A DNA stretch of 64,000 bases from a plasmid: assembly GCF_054482595.1 (NCBI RefSeq), contig NZ_JBTHVH010000004.1. One strand, written 5' to 3'. Positions within the stretch are counted from its first letter, which is position 1. Every line of letters starts with the position of its first letter. The position numbers were made by a program, and so were the translations under genes. The notes beneath the pieces were generated by a model, which was not told the origin of the DNA, ran no database searches, and saw nothing but the letters and a program-made list of their open reading frames with translations. Positions 1 to 9,139 of this stretch are shown here, piece by piece.

Positions 1-141
1 TACAGGTCATTTTAGCACTCATGTACCTGGTTATGAACAGGGTGGAAACAACGAAAAAGGTTGTGAAATCGTTAGGCTTAAGTGAAAAATGATATTAAGA
101 TTATCCCTGGCCAGTTGAGGCCTGTCTAAAGAAGGTTGATT

Positions 142-354
142 ATGTCTGACACAAAGCAGTCTTATTTAATGAAATTCCGTAAGTGTAGTTCGTTCGAAAC
201 GCTCGAAAAAGTATTTGAAAGGTTATGTGAAAAAAACTCGGGTGTCGCCTCTCTTGAAATTTCTGGTGCTTATGATCATCGTAAAGCCGAACTGACAATG
301 AAAAAGTTATATGACAAAGTTCCTGCGAGTGTGTGGACCTTTGTTCGCGAGTAA
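142..354 (+). CDS. hha: Hha/YmoA-family expression modulator (about 70 aa)
   Basis: ORF 136..354 with ATG at 142; translation matches the Hha pattern by eye ('YLMKFRKC..ETLEKV..DHRKAELTMKKLYDKVPASVW'). Confidence 0.7.
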   Translation: MSDTKQSYLMKFRKCSSFETLEKVFERLCEKNSGVASLEISGAYDHRKAELTMKKLYDKVPASVWTFVRE

Positions 355-714
355 TTATTAATATTGGCACAACAAAAAGACTGTGCCTAGATTTGAAAAT
401 AGTTTATGCCCCTTTCGGGGCTAAAGGCATTGTAATAGCCTGTCTTTTAAAGTTGTTTATTAAGTTCGGAGAAAAACTTTAATCATAAGCCAAGCCCACT
501 GCTAAATACATCCGATATTCTCCTTCATTTTATTAGAAGTGATAAAAGTTACTTTACCTAAACTTCTCTCTCAATATTTGTAAGGCTCTCATTTGATTTT
601 TGTCAAACATTAATCTGGAAGACGGAAAAATCATTTCTTTTAATACGTTTTACAGAAATCCTCCTCCGTTATTTCGGATATAGTTTGAATCATTATCAAA
701 AACGGGGTGCAGCC

Positions 715-1797
715 ATGCGTAAGAGTTATACATTTGGTATTCCATTTGGACTCCAGCGAGAATCAGGACTCTTTTTAGATATTACAGAGGTCAGCCGGGG
801 TATTGACTGTAACTGCATCTGCCCCGCTTGCAAAACTGATCTGTTAGCAAAGCAGGGGGAGGTCAAGCTTTGGCATTTCTCACACAGTACAGCTGTAGCC
901 GGTGACTGTGATGGTCTGATGGAAGCCATCCGGGGAAAGATTATTGAAGTCATCAACGAGCACCAGGTTCTTGGTTTCCCAAATCTTCTCGCTGGCGACG
1001 ATGGTGGGCCGGTTTCACTGAATGAGGTTAGTGGAAGCGGCAGTATGTTCGGAGGCACAGCTGATCTGTTCGTAAAGGTTAATGATTTATGTGTGGCCGT
1101 CTTTCTGGACAGGGATCGCAGCATTTCAGAGAAGTTAACCTTTGACCATCTTCATCCTTCCGAAAGAGTTGCCGCATTGCGTATCGATCTTCCTGATATT
1201 GAATATGAAATCAGTCAGGTGCAGCTCGGGCGACGTAAAACAACATACAGTGAGTGCATTGAAAGCCTGATCATTGATGAGACCAGTTCCCGGGAATGGC
1301 TATATCATCCATTAATGCATGAACTTGAATCTGAACCTCTTCAGGAGTATCGGGGACGGGAGCCTTCAGAGGAAGGGCCTCTTCTTCAGCGCCTTGCTGA
1401 CTGTAAGATGAAATTGCCTGATATCCTTCCGGGCAGTCATAACGCGCTAGTCAGGTTACAGCAGGATACGATTGTATGTCTGTGTCGGTTAACGGTTCGG
1501 GCTTATGACATCGCTCAGACCGATGAATTTCCTTTGTTCCTTCGCTATTTCAGGTTGCACTGCCTGGAAAACAGCGAACATGTCAGTTACGAAAGACTGA
1601 TCTGCTGGCAGGAAATGATTTCAAAAACCCAGGAAGGCCAGTCCTTGACACAAAACGAACTTGAATATCTTCATGAGATTGTCCGCATCGCCTTTTACAA
1701 TCACCGGCTTAACAATGTCAGTATTTCAGATGTTAAAAACCATGACACTGGAAAGAAGAGCGGCAGGGTAGAGTCACAAAATTATTCACTTTTATAA
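715..1797 (+). CDS. CoiA-like family protein (Cys-rich N-terminal zinc-finger-like motif)
   Basis: ORF 685..1797; ATG at 715 preferred over the TTG at 685. N-terminus 'CNCICPACKTDL..GEVKLWHFSHS' resembles the CoiA CxxC..HF(A/S)H signature. Confidence 0.5.
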   Translation: MRKSYTFGIPFGLQRESGLFLDITEVSRGIDCNCICPACKTDLLAKQGEVKLWHFSHSTAVAGDCDGLMEAIRGKIIEVINEHQVLGFPNLLAGDDGGPVSLNEVSGSGSMFGGTADLFVKVNDLCVAVFLDRDRSISEKLTFDHLHPSERVAALRIDLPDIEYEISQVQLGRRKTTYSECIESLIIDETSSREWLYHPLMHELESEPLQEYRGREPSEEGPLLQRLADCKMKLPDILPGSHNALVRLQQDTIVCLCRLTVRAYDIAQTDEFPLFLRYFRLHCLENSEHVSYERLICWQEMISKTQEGQSLTQNELEYLHEIVRIAFYNHRLNNVSISDVKNHDTGKKSGRVESQNYSLL

Positions 1798-1963
1798 ATA
1801 ACTTGGGCTTTGCGCATTAAACCCTTGCCGCAGGCGGTGTACCGCATATCCGGCACAGACAGTCAGTTTTTTCTGGCAGCTTAAATTTGACACTGCTTAA
1901 TATAGTGATTCATTAAACAGGTTCAGTATGCTGCCAGAACGTTTTAGTCGTAATGGGCGTCCG

Positions 1964-3463
1964 TTAGTTTTCAACTAACTGAACGACGACCAGCCTGCCG
2001 CCTTCCTCCTTTGACAGAACAAACTGAGCGTTATTCGTCAGTTCAATTTTTTCCCCAATGGCAATCTGTCGTTTATCCGGTAATGACATAAGCCCATTTA
2101 TGCCTTCATTTACTAACCACCACTGATCGTTATGGAAAACAAAATACCCAACTCGTTTCCTTTGTGCATCGGTTGTGCGCTCATTTGGCGCAATGAGGCG
2201 ATTCACATGCCACGCATAGATTGACTGCCCGCTCCACACCATCAACCGGTGGTCGTCAGGACGATAACTGCCTTCCTTTCGGGATGAATATAAATTTAGA
2301 ACCGGTAATTTACCCTTGTATGGCGTACCGCAGTAGGGACAAACCGGCTTTGTCTTACCTGAGAAAACGTACCATTTCTGTTCACACGCCTTGTTCTGGC
2401 AGGGCTGTATCAGATCGACTGTTTTAACCAGGGCACTTTCCCACTCATCGGCGGTCGGGCGTTTATTGGCATCGTGTAAGCCATCAATAAAGGCGCGTTC
2501 AAACAAAGGCGTCAAATAAGGGCCCATGATGGTGTAAGGAATTTTCTCCGGGTCAGCCCAGGGCAGTGAAAAGGAGGATAGCTGACTGACTTTGACTGCA
2601 TTGCTTTTGTCTGTCGGATGTTCAATGAAGAGTGCCTTCTCACCCATAGATAAGGTCTCATCACGTACTTCATCCGACATGTCATGTATTTTTCCGCCAC
2701 GTAGCGGATGACGGAAGAACAGATACATGTAGATAAGCACCGACAGCGCATGACGGTCAGTAGAAATGCTTGGCAATACGCGGTTCGGATCCTCTTTGGA
2801 AAGATGGCTGGTTTTCACCACTTCCGGAGCGATAAAATCCGGGGTGCCCACGACGTCGGGAGGATACTTTCCAGGGACAACCAGGCCGTCTACGTCAATG
2901 ATGCAGGCATGTCCCATTTCTGGATCGATAAGCACGTTTTTATAGCTTAGATCGCTGTGACAGAGACCTGCCGCATGCATCCTTCTGACGGCTCTTGTTA
3001 GCAGCAGACAGACCTTGAGATAGGTAAGCGTATTGCCTCGTTCACGTGGGTCGAGAAATTTATTCTGGTTGCTGGCGCTGGCAAACCATTTGCCTTCCTT
3101 TTCACGGCCTTTTATGCCAAGAAAATCATCGTTTTTAGAGCCGTATTTAAAGAAAAAGTAGCTTTTGTAGGTTGGAACCACGATGCCGATTTTATCCCCA
3201 TGCTCAACAACGTGGGTCGGCCAGCAAAACAGGTCCTTCCAGTATTCACCTCCGGACTGGCCAAAAATGTTTTGCCTGTAGCGTCCGGTGATCATATCAA
3301 TCCGATCCCGGGCCTGCTCGTTCTGCGGTTTATGATAAAAAGCGACGACGTATGATTTATCAGGCGAGAAGTAAACATCCTTCATCGAGCCCGAACCAAT
3401 TACCTCGTCAACATACTGGACTGTTTCGCCGTCCTTTGTTTTGCACGTAACAATATTTGCCAT
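1964..3463 (-). CDS. Ser/Thr protein kinase with C-terminal Cys-rich zinc-ribbon region (ter-linked TerY-P type)
   Basis: Kinase motifs in translation: Gly-rich 'IGSGSMKDVY', catalytic loop 'HSDLSYKNVLID', 'IIDVDG' in the DFG position, 'FIAPEV' (APE). C-terminal 'CQNKACEQKW...CPYCG'. ATG at 3463 (M19 of the track ORF) sits 26 bp after the upstream stop. Confidence 0.8.
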   Translation of the reverse strand: MANIVTCKTKDGETVQYVDEVIGSGSMKDVYFSPDKSYVVAFYHKPQNEQARDRIDMITGRYRQNIFGQSGGEYWKDLFCWPTHVVEHGDKIGIVVPTYKSYFFFKYGSKNDDFLGIKGREKEGKWFASASNQNKFLDPRERGNTLTYLKVCLLLTRAVRRMHAAGLCHSDLSYKNVLIDPEMGHACIIDVDGLVVPGKYPPDVVGTPDFIAPEVVKTSHLSKEDPNRVLPSISTDRHALSVLIYMYLFFRHPLRGGKIHDMSDEVRDETLSMGEKALFIEHPTDKSNAVKVSQLSSFSLPWADPEKIPYTIMGPYLTPLFERAFIDGLHDANKRPTADEWESALVKTVDLIQPCQNKACEQKWYVFSGKTKPVCPYCGTPYKGKLPVLNLYSSRKEGSYRPDDHRLMVWSGQSIYAWHVNRLIAPNERTTDAQRKRVGYFVFHNDQWWLVNEGINGLMSLPDKRQIAIGEKIELTNNAQFVLSKEEGGRLVVVQLVEN

Positions 3464-3488
3464 ATTGATCACCGAAGAAGCGTATCCC

Positions 3489-5129
3489 TTACCACAACAC
3501 CGCAATAGTGCGGTCATCGTGGTTCCCTGTGGAGAAAAAGTTAAGCCAGTCGCCTAACCTCTCAGGCGCAATACTGGCGTCTGTAAGGACAGGGATGAGC
3601 TCATCAAGGAGACGGGTCCATTTTTCGTCACTGCGAAGCCCGTTATCTGTCTCAAACAGAGGGTCTGATACGCCATCTGTCATGAGGATCAAGTGAGATA
3701 CATCATTCCATTTACCCACGCTGATGCGGCCGCTAAACGAGGGGTCTGCGATAATGCTCTGGTCAAGAAAGCGGGTTTGTCCTGCGTATTCTCCGCTATC
3801 GGGATTTCCCAGTATCCTGACTTTACCGGAAGGGCTGTATGCACCTATCGCACCATCACCAAGCCAGAATGCAGCCGCAAACAGCTCGTTATCAGTTCGT
3901 AGCGCTACAGTTGCCAGTAGGGTTGTTGAATAGGATTTCACAGGTTGTTCTGCACAAATGGCTTCGTTCTGGATACTGTTGACCGCGAGCGTAGCTGCCT
4001 GTTTAAAATGATGAAGCATGGCGTTTATGGTTGCCTGCTGATCGCTCCCTTCCCACGCCGTGATGTGCTGCTTTAGATGGACGCCTTTCAAACCACTGAG
4101 CTGATTGAAAAGGTAATCGCCAGCCGTTTGGACTGCAATCCGGGAGCCTTCCCGGGAATTTACCGCACTACCGGCCCCGTCTGCGACCAGCATGACAGAC
4201 CATCCTGTTTCCTGGCAGTGGTTGATATAGAAGTCGTCATCTCTGAAGCTCCCGGCATGCTCATGAGATCGTCCCCGGCGACTGGCGGCAGCAATACGTA
4301 TGTCACCCCTGACCAGGCCAGCAGCGTCCAGATGGGACTTAGGGTAGGAAGCGTCTGCTGGTGGCTCTACCACCTTCCACAGGCTTCTCGGATCGGGATT
4401 GACTATAAAAAGCTGTTTTGTTTCGCATTCGTCGTGCGAAGCGCATGACCAGAGTACTGAAAGCTCTATATCGCCGCTTTCGGTGGGTGTACCTGTCAGC
4501 AACTTATGCTCTTTGTCAAAGGTCAGGCCAATGTTCCTGGGAAAGACAACGTCCCTGACAGTAGCCTGCTGGCCCTCATCCAGAACTATAGCAACCGGCG
4601 AAGAGAAACGTTCGCCTGCGCGGGCGTTGGGAATAACTATTTTAGCTCTCGGGGGAACGGCAGGTGGCACAGCTAATCCGGCCCGCTGCTGGCCTGTCGG
4701 TATCTGCCCGGGTTTTAATACCAGGGAAGACAGGTTTTCGTCTTCCCTCTGTGCTGGTTTATCAAATTCGTAATAAGGCATCAGCTTCCAGAACGGAGGA
4801 TGAGGTTCATTTTCTGGCAGGGGTTGCAGTAATGGTGTATCGGTAGCGTCAATGCCCGGGTTATCAGCATCACTTACGACCGTTTGTTGCTGATCGGAAA
4901 GGCTGGATGCTGACGAGGGGGCGATCTCTGCGTCGTTATAACCTTCGCTAACCCGCGCAGATAAACCCTGTGCAAGGCTCTCAATCCGCTCTTTAAGCCG
5001 CATAATCTCTTCAGTAAGGGAAGGGTCGTGCGATAGAAGAAAAAGCCGCTCACCTTCTACAGGGTGGCCCAGCTCAGACAGCACTAAGCGGATAATCTTC
5101 TCTTCAAGTAAAACATTTTGCGACATCAA
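3489..5129 (-). CDS. PP2C-family Ser/Thr protein phosphatase with long N-terminal extension
   Basis: PP2C signatures 'MLVADGAGSAVNSREGS' and 'LILMTDGVSD'. Its stop overlaps the downstream kinase region; its start overlaps the upstream vWA stop (ATGA). Confidence 0.8.
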   Translation of the reverse strand: MMSQNVLLEEKIIRLVLSELGHPVEGERLFLLSHDPSLTEEIMRLKERIESLAQGLSARVSEGYNDAEIAPSSASSLSDQQQTVVSDADNPGIDATDTPLLQPLPENEPHPPFWKLMPYYEFDKPAQREDENLSSLVLKPGQIPTGQQRAGLAVPPAVPPRAKIVIPNARAGERFSSPVAIVLDEGQQATVRDVVFPRNIGLTFDKEHKLLTGTPTESGDIELSVLWSCASHDECETKQLFIVNPDPRSLWKVVEPPADASYPKSHLDAAGLVRGDIRIAAASRRGRSHEHAGSFRDDDFYINHCQETGWSVMLVADGAGSAVNSREGSRIAVQTAGDYLFNQLSGLKGVHLKQHITAWEGSDQQATINAMLHHFKQAATLAVNSIQNEAICAEQPVKSYSTTLLATVALRTDNELFAAAFWLGDGAIGAYSPSGKVRILGNPDSGEYAGQTRFLDQSIIADPSFSGRISVGKWNDVSHLILMTDGVSDPLFETDNGLRSDEKWTRLLDELIPVLTDASIAPERLGDWLNFFSTGNHDDRTIAVLW

Positions 5130-6166
5130 CCTCTCCCTCTGTTTACGTCGAAGTTAGTGTTTCCGCCATCATTGCTGAATGACAGACCTGTTTCACACCA
5201 CGGGCAGATCACGTCATCCGGGCCGTCAATGCACAGCAATTTTCCGCATGAGCACAGGGCAAACGCACTGGCATTACCGCAGTGAGGGCAACCCGGTACG
5301 CCATGCAGTTCGCTGGTGTTTACCTGCAAACCGGTAGCGGTGGCATCTGACCATGCAAAATAGTCTTCATCGATGGGATAGCATCCGGCAATATTAAAGC
5401 TGTTCAGGTTCAGGCTGAAATCGAGCCCGGAAATCCTTGCTGGTGGCCGTTCATACTTCATCAGATACGGACGACGGGTCTTGCTGCAACGGCCGGTAAG
5501 CGTAACGCAGTTTTCGTCGTACGCTTTTACTGGCTCGTCCTTGGCCAGCCGGACTATGTATTCAGTCTGGCTGAGCTCAGGTTGTTTGTCGTCTCCGACG
5601 CTGCGGCTGTGCGCCGTAACCGAGGCTGTGATCCATTTGATGAAGCGGGTAAAGTCCCCTTCCTGAGACTCGGTGAACAGCATGACATTCTCTGTCAGTT
5701 GCCGCAGGGTATTCAGGTCCGCTGACGGCCCCAGGCCAACGGCAATGAGATTCACTTTACTCGCGTAGTGATCCTTCCAGCGCTTCACTTCTGCGGTTGT
5801 GTCGTCAGTCGGACGTCCGTCGGTAAGGAGATACACGACGGGTTTCCAGTCGCCTTTAGCCTCATGAGTGGTTTTTCTGACCTGGGTATCAATTTGTACG
5901 GTCAGCTCACGCAATGCGGCCCCAAGGCTCGTACCGCCGCCAACGGGAAGGCGGGGAGGGTAGAACGAGGCAATTTCGTGAAGAGGTACAATCGTACGGG
6001 CTACACCGGCAAATGCGATTACCGAAACCCAGGCTGTTTCAAGTGCGTGTGGATCCTTTCTTAAATCTCCGATGATCATTTGCAGACCATCAGTCATTTT
6101 TTTCAGGTTTTCACCAATCATGGACTCTGAACAGTCCAGGACAAAAAACACGGGAAGGCGTCTCAT
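5126..6166 (-). CDS. vWA-domain protein (TerY-like) with C-terminal zinc ribbon
   Basis: MIDAS motif 'FFVLDCSESM' directly after the start 'MRRLPV' (ATG at 6166 with GAGGAAAA RBS); C-terminal 'CPHCGN..CSCG..CPWC'. The track ORF N-extension to 6370 is rejected. Confidence 0.75.
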   Translation of the reverse strand: MRRLPVFFVLDCSESMIGENLKKMTDGLQMIIGDLRKDPHALETAWVSVIAFAGVARTIVPLHEIASFYPPRLPVGGGTSLGAALRELTVQIDTQVRKTTHEAKGDWKPVVYLLTDGRPTDDTTAEVKRWKDHYASKVNLIAVGLGPSADLNTLRQLTENVMLFTESQEGDFTRFIKWITASVTAHSRSVGDDKQPELSQTEYIVRLAKDEPVKAYDENCVTLTGRCSKTRRPYLMKYERPPARISGLDFSLNLNSFNIAGCYPIDEDYFAWSDATATGLQVNTSELHGVPGCPHCGNASAFALCSCGKLLCIDGPDDVICPWCETGLSFSNDGGNTNFDVNRGRG

Positions 6167-6251
6167 AATTTTCCTCGTACGGCTGGTACGGCCAGCAGAA
6201 AACGTTGCTGTACAGAAAGGTGCTGCCCGGAAAGCAGCACCTTTCTGTCTG

Positions 6252-6893
6252 TCAGAGCACCAGCTGGATTTCTGGTGGAGGAGGGGGAAGGGTATCAGTT
6301 CCGTTATTGATCCCCGCGCTTGTGCTGCCGGAAGACACGCTGGCCGATACCCATTTAAAGAAACCTGCAAACGCGGTTGAATCTAGCGTCTCCAGAGACA
6401 CAACCTTATCGGTGAGCTGTTTTAAGTGCTCATGGCCTGCTTTAGGACCAACGGCGCAGGCAATGATGGATCCGAATCCCCGGCCGCGAATCGCTTTTAC
6501 CGCTTCACCGTACGCCAGGGCATCAGAAGGGGTTCCATCAGTCATCAGGAATACCAGAGGACGCCAGTCTCCTTTTGTATCACCATCTGAGCGACGTACA
6601 TCCCGTTCAACACACTGCATCAGACATTCAAGGGCAGCACCGGTGAACGTCCCGCCTGCGCTTGGCACAACGATGTCAGAAAACTGGAAGTCTTCCAGCG
6701 GCGTGAGAGGAATGAACTCACGCGCCTCATTGTCATAGGTGATAATGGAGATATGAACGCTTTCGAGGGCGTAGGGATCCTGGCGAAGAGCGCTAAGCAT
6801 CGCCTGAATTCCAACGTTAACGGAATGGATGGACTCACCGCGCATCGAGCCGGATGTGTCGATAACAAGGTAAACAGGCAGGCGGCGCATCAC
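6252..6893 (-). CDS. vWA-domain protein, TerY-like
   Basis: 'MMRRLPVYLVIDTSGSM' gives the DxSxS MIDAS motif at the N-terminus; 213 aa. Confidence 0.8.
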   Translation of the reverse strand: MMRRLPVYLVIDTSGSMRGESIHSVNVGIQAMLSALRQDPYALESVHISIITYDNEAREFIPLTPLEDFQFSDIVVPSAGGTFTGAALECLMQCVERDVRRSDGDTKGDWRPLVFLMTDGTPSDALAYGEAVKAIRGRGFGSIIACAVGPKAGHEHLKQLTDKVVSLETLDSTAFAGFFKWVSASVSSGSTSAGINNGTDTLPPPPPEIQLVL

Positions 6894-7531
6894 ATGTAAT
6901 TCCTCAGGTGCGAGACAAACGAATCTGATTCTGAAGGCTCACCAATTGCCCTGAGTTTCCAGCCTGTAGCCTCGCGTATCAGCTCGGCAAAAACCATGGA
7001 GCGCTGGCTGGCGAAGGCGGGTCCGCCAGAAAGATCGAATCGTGCCATTTCAATATTACGGGCATCTACTGCCCGGATGAAGGCATTCTGAACTTTACCA
7101 AAGTGCTGCTGGAGCTTTTCACCATTGTAGATCTGAACGATGAACACAATTTTCTCGTACTGAGCGTCAAGGGAATTCAGGCGCACAATAATTTGCTCAT
7201 CGTCACCATCACCGGCTCCGGTTCGGTTATCGCCCGTCAGCCAGATATTTCCTGACTTATGGCGAAGGCTGTTGAAAAAGATGATATCGCCATTCACAAG
7301 CGTTGGTTTACCATTTTCCACATTGCCGAGATCGGTCACCTTTCCGGCTGAATTACACAGGAAAGCGATCACATCAAGGTCGTATTCTTCTTCTTTTTTA
7401 CCAAAGATCCCGCCGAGGAAACCTTTCTTTTCCTCATTAATATCCCAACCCAGGCCGATAGTAACGGACGAGAGATCGTATTCATTTTTTTTCAGGCTTA
7501 CGCCCTGGCCTTTGCTCAGACTGACAGACAT
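6890..7531 (-). CDS. terX: TerD-family protein (TerX-like)
   Basis: TerD-family Ca-binding motif 'GDNRTGAGDGDDEQI'; paralogous by eye to terZ/terD/terE in this window; overlaps the downstream gene by 4 bp. Confidence 0.8.
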   Translation of the reverse strand: MSVSLSKGQGVSLKKNEYDLSSVTIGLGWDINEEKKGFLGGIFGKKEEEYDLDVIAFLCNSAGKVTDLGNVENGKPTLVNGDIIFFNSLRHKSGNIWLTGDNRTGAGDGDDEQIIVRLNSLDAQYEKIVFIVQIYNGEKLQQHFGKVQNAFIRAVDARNIEMARFDLSGGPAFASQRSMVFAELIREATGWKLRAIGEPSESDSFVSHLRNYM

Positions 7532-7553
7532 GACATCCCCTTAATTAATAAAA

Positions 7554-8192
7554 TTATAAGACCACGTTTACTTCTGGCGGCGGCGGTGGCAGGTCTTCAA
7601 GACCGATCACTTCTTTTTTGCTGGACTCCACTTTCTGACTGCCTACCGAAATGCTCGCACTGACCCATTTAAAGAAAGCTTTAATCGTCGAACTGTCAGC
7701 TGTATCGAGCTGAACCACGATTTCAGTGATTTCTTTGAGGACGCTGGTATCGGCATCATGCCCGGCTGCACATGCCACAACAACGCCGGTTCTGGCCGCT
7801 TTAAAGTCATTCAGGCCTTTACGCCAGTCATCATTCGGACTTCCATCCGTCATCAGGAATACAAGGGGACGCCAGTCACCTTTAGTGTCAGCCGTCGTTT
7901 TCTGTACTTCTTTGGCAATGGAGCTGGCCGTGAGGGAAAGCGCTTCGCCAAGAGAGGTGGTGCCGCTGGCTGTTAGTGCTGGCATCTGGAAACTCAGGAG
8001 GTCTGTCAGGGGGACTGCCTGTCGGGCTGAAGAATCAAAGGTGATCACTGACACGTAAGCCGTTTCGAGTGCATACGGATCCTGTTTCAGCGTGGTAAGC
8101 AGCGTCTGAACGCCATTCTTAACCGCTTCGATAGGCTCTCCGTGCATAGAGCCGGACGTGTCGAGTAGCAGATATACGGGTAAGCGTCTCAA
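7554..8192 (-). CDS. terY: vWA-domain protein TerY
   Basis: 'RRLPVYLLLDTSGSMHGE' MIDAS motif. Start assigned to TTG at 8192 preceded by AAGAAGGAA, matching the other vWA paralog N-termini, rather than the track GTG at 8273. Confidence 0.75.
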   Translation of the reverse strand: MRRLPVYLLLDTSGSMHGEPIEAVKNGVQTLLTTLKQDPYALETAYVSVITFDSSARQAVPLTDLLSFQMPALTASGTTSLGEALSLTASSIAKEVQKTTADTKGDWRPLVFLMTDGSPNDDWRKGLNDFKAARTGVVVACAAGHDADTSVLKEITEIVVQLDTADSSTIKAFFKWVSASISVGSQKVESSKKEVIGLEDLPPPPPEVNVVL

Positions 8193-8611
8193 ATGTAATT
8201 CCTTCTTAAGAGATCGGAAGAGGAGAGTAGTTTCAGGAAGAGGCCAGAGTTTGTAGATTTGATAAAACGGCACGACATCTGTCGGGTGGAGATTAAATAC
8301 TCAGAAGCGGCATTAAAGAAATAAGTTAACCACCATTGAATTACCGACATGTGAATGGCCTCTTATCAGAGAAAAAAATTCAGACCGTACTGGAATATAA
8401 ATTTCTGAAAAAAACTCCGGCAAAAATAAACTTTCTTATGTATGAAAATCATCATACATCACAGATCTGCATGAATGGAGTGTAAATCGCCCAAAGATTG
8501 ATGTGTAGCACAAGAGGATGTCAAGACACCAGGTTTTGTAGGCAGAAAGGCGCTGCTGACATTGCGGGAGGAGAATAGATCAAAACTCCGTCACGCAGAT
8601 ACAGAGGTGAA

Positions 8612-8641
8612 ATATGACAAAACCGGGGTTTTCACCCCGGT
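8612..8641 (-). terminator. Rho-independent terminator candidate downstream of terW
   Basis: Hairpin arms 'ACCGGGG'/'CCCCGGT' followed on the minus strand by a U-rich run; lies 15-40 bp after the terW stop. Confidence 0.5.
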
Positions 8642-8654
8642 CTGAGATTTAGCG

Positions 8655-9122
8655 TCAGGACTTTTTAGCGCTGTATTCTTTTATCAGTTCATCAACGGAG
8701 TGCAGAGCCAGCTTCTCTACCGCTTCACTTCGGGTCGAGCCACTCAGCGCAGCCAGACGGTCAATTTTTCTTAAAATCCGCATGCGTAGCGATAATGACA
8801 CGGCTGTTTTTTTATCCTTATCGAGTACGACCTTCCCTGTGGACTCACCGGTTTTCAGTTCAGCATTCTGTGCGAGCGCTTCATTCATCCGGCGAAGGGT
8901 CTTTTTATCCAGCTGGCCCGGATTAACGAGATGGTAGGAATGACCTGCCTTGCTGTATTTGATCTCCGCAGAATATGACTCGCGTAGCTCTTTGAGTGCC
9001 CGGGTTAATGTCGGCTCTGAGCATTCCAGACTGGTTATAATGTCGGCAGCGGAAACGGGCTTGCCGGTGCCCAGTAAGTTGGCAAGCTTAAAAATCCGGG
9101 CCTGTCTGGTATTTAATTGCAT
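8655..9122 (-). CDS. terW: TerW-like small regulatory/DNA-binding protein
   Basis: 155-aa ORF in the position and size of terW between the terY operon and the biosynthesis operon; the N-terminus looks helix-turn-helix-like. Identity is from recalled ter locus organisation. Confidence 0.65.
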   Translation of the reverse strand: MQLNTRQARIFKLANLLGTGKPVSAADIITSLECSEPTLTRALKELRESYSAEIKYSKAGHSYHLVNPGQLDKKTLRRMNEALAQNAELKTGESTGKVVLDKDKKTAVSLSLRMRILRKIDRLAALSGSTRSEAVEKLALHSVDELIKEYSAKKS

Positions 9123-9139
9123 CGTAAGATTTAGCCTGC

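Noticed and set aside
726-1124. 132-aa antisense ORF inside the CoiA-like gene
   Set aside because: Fully embedded on the opposite strand of a longer motif-bearing ORF; no RBS; typical antisense artefact.
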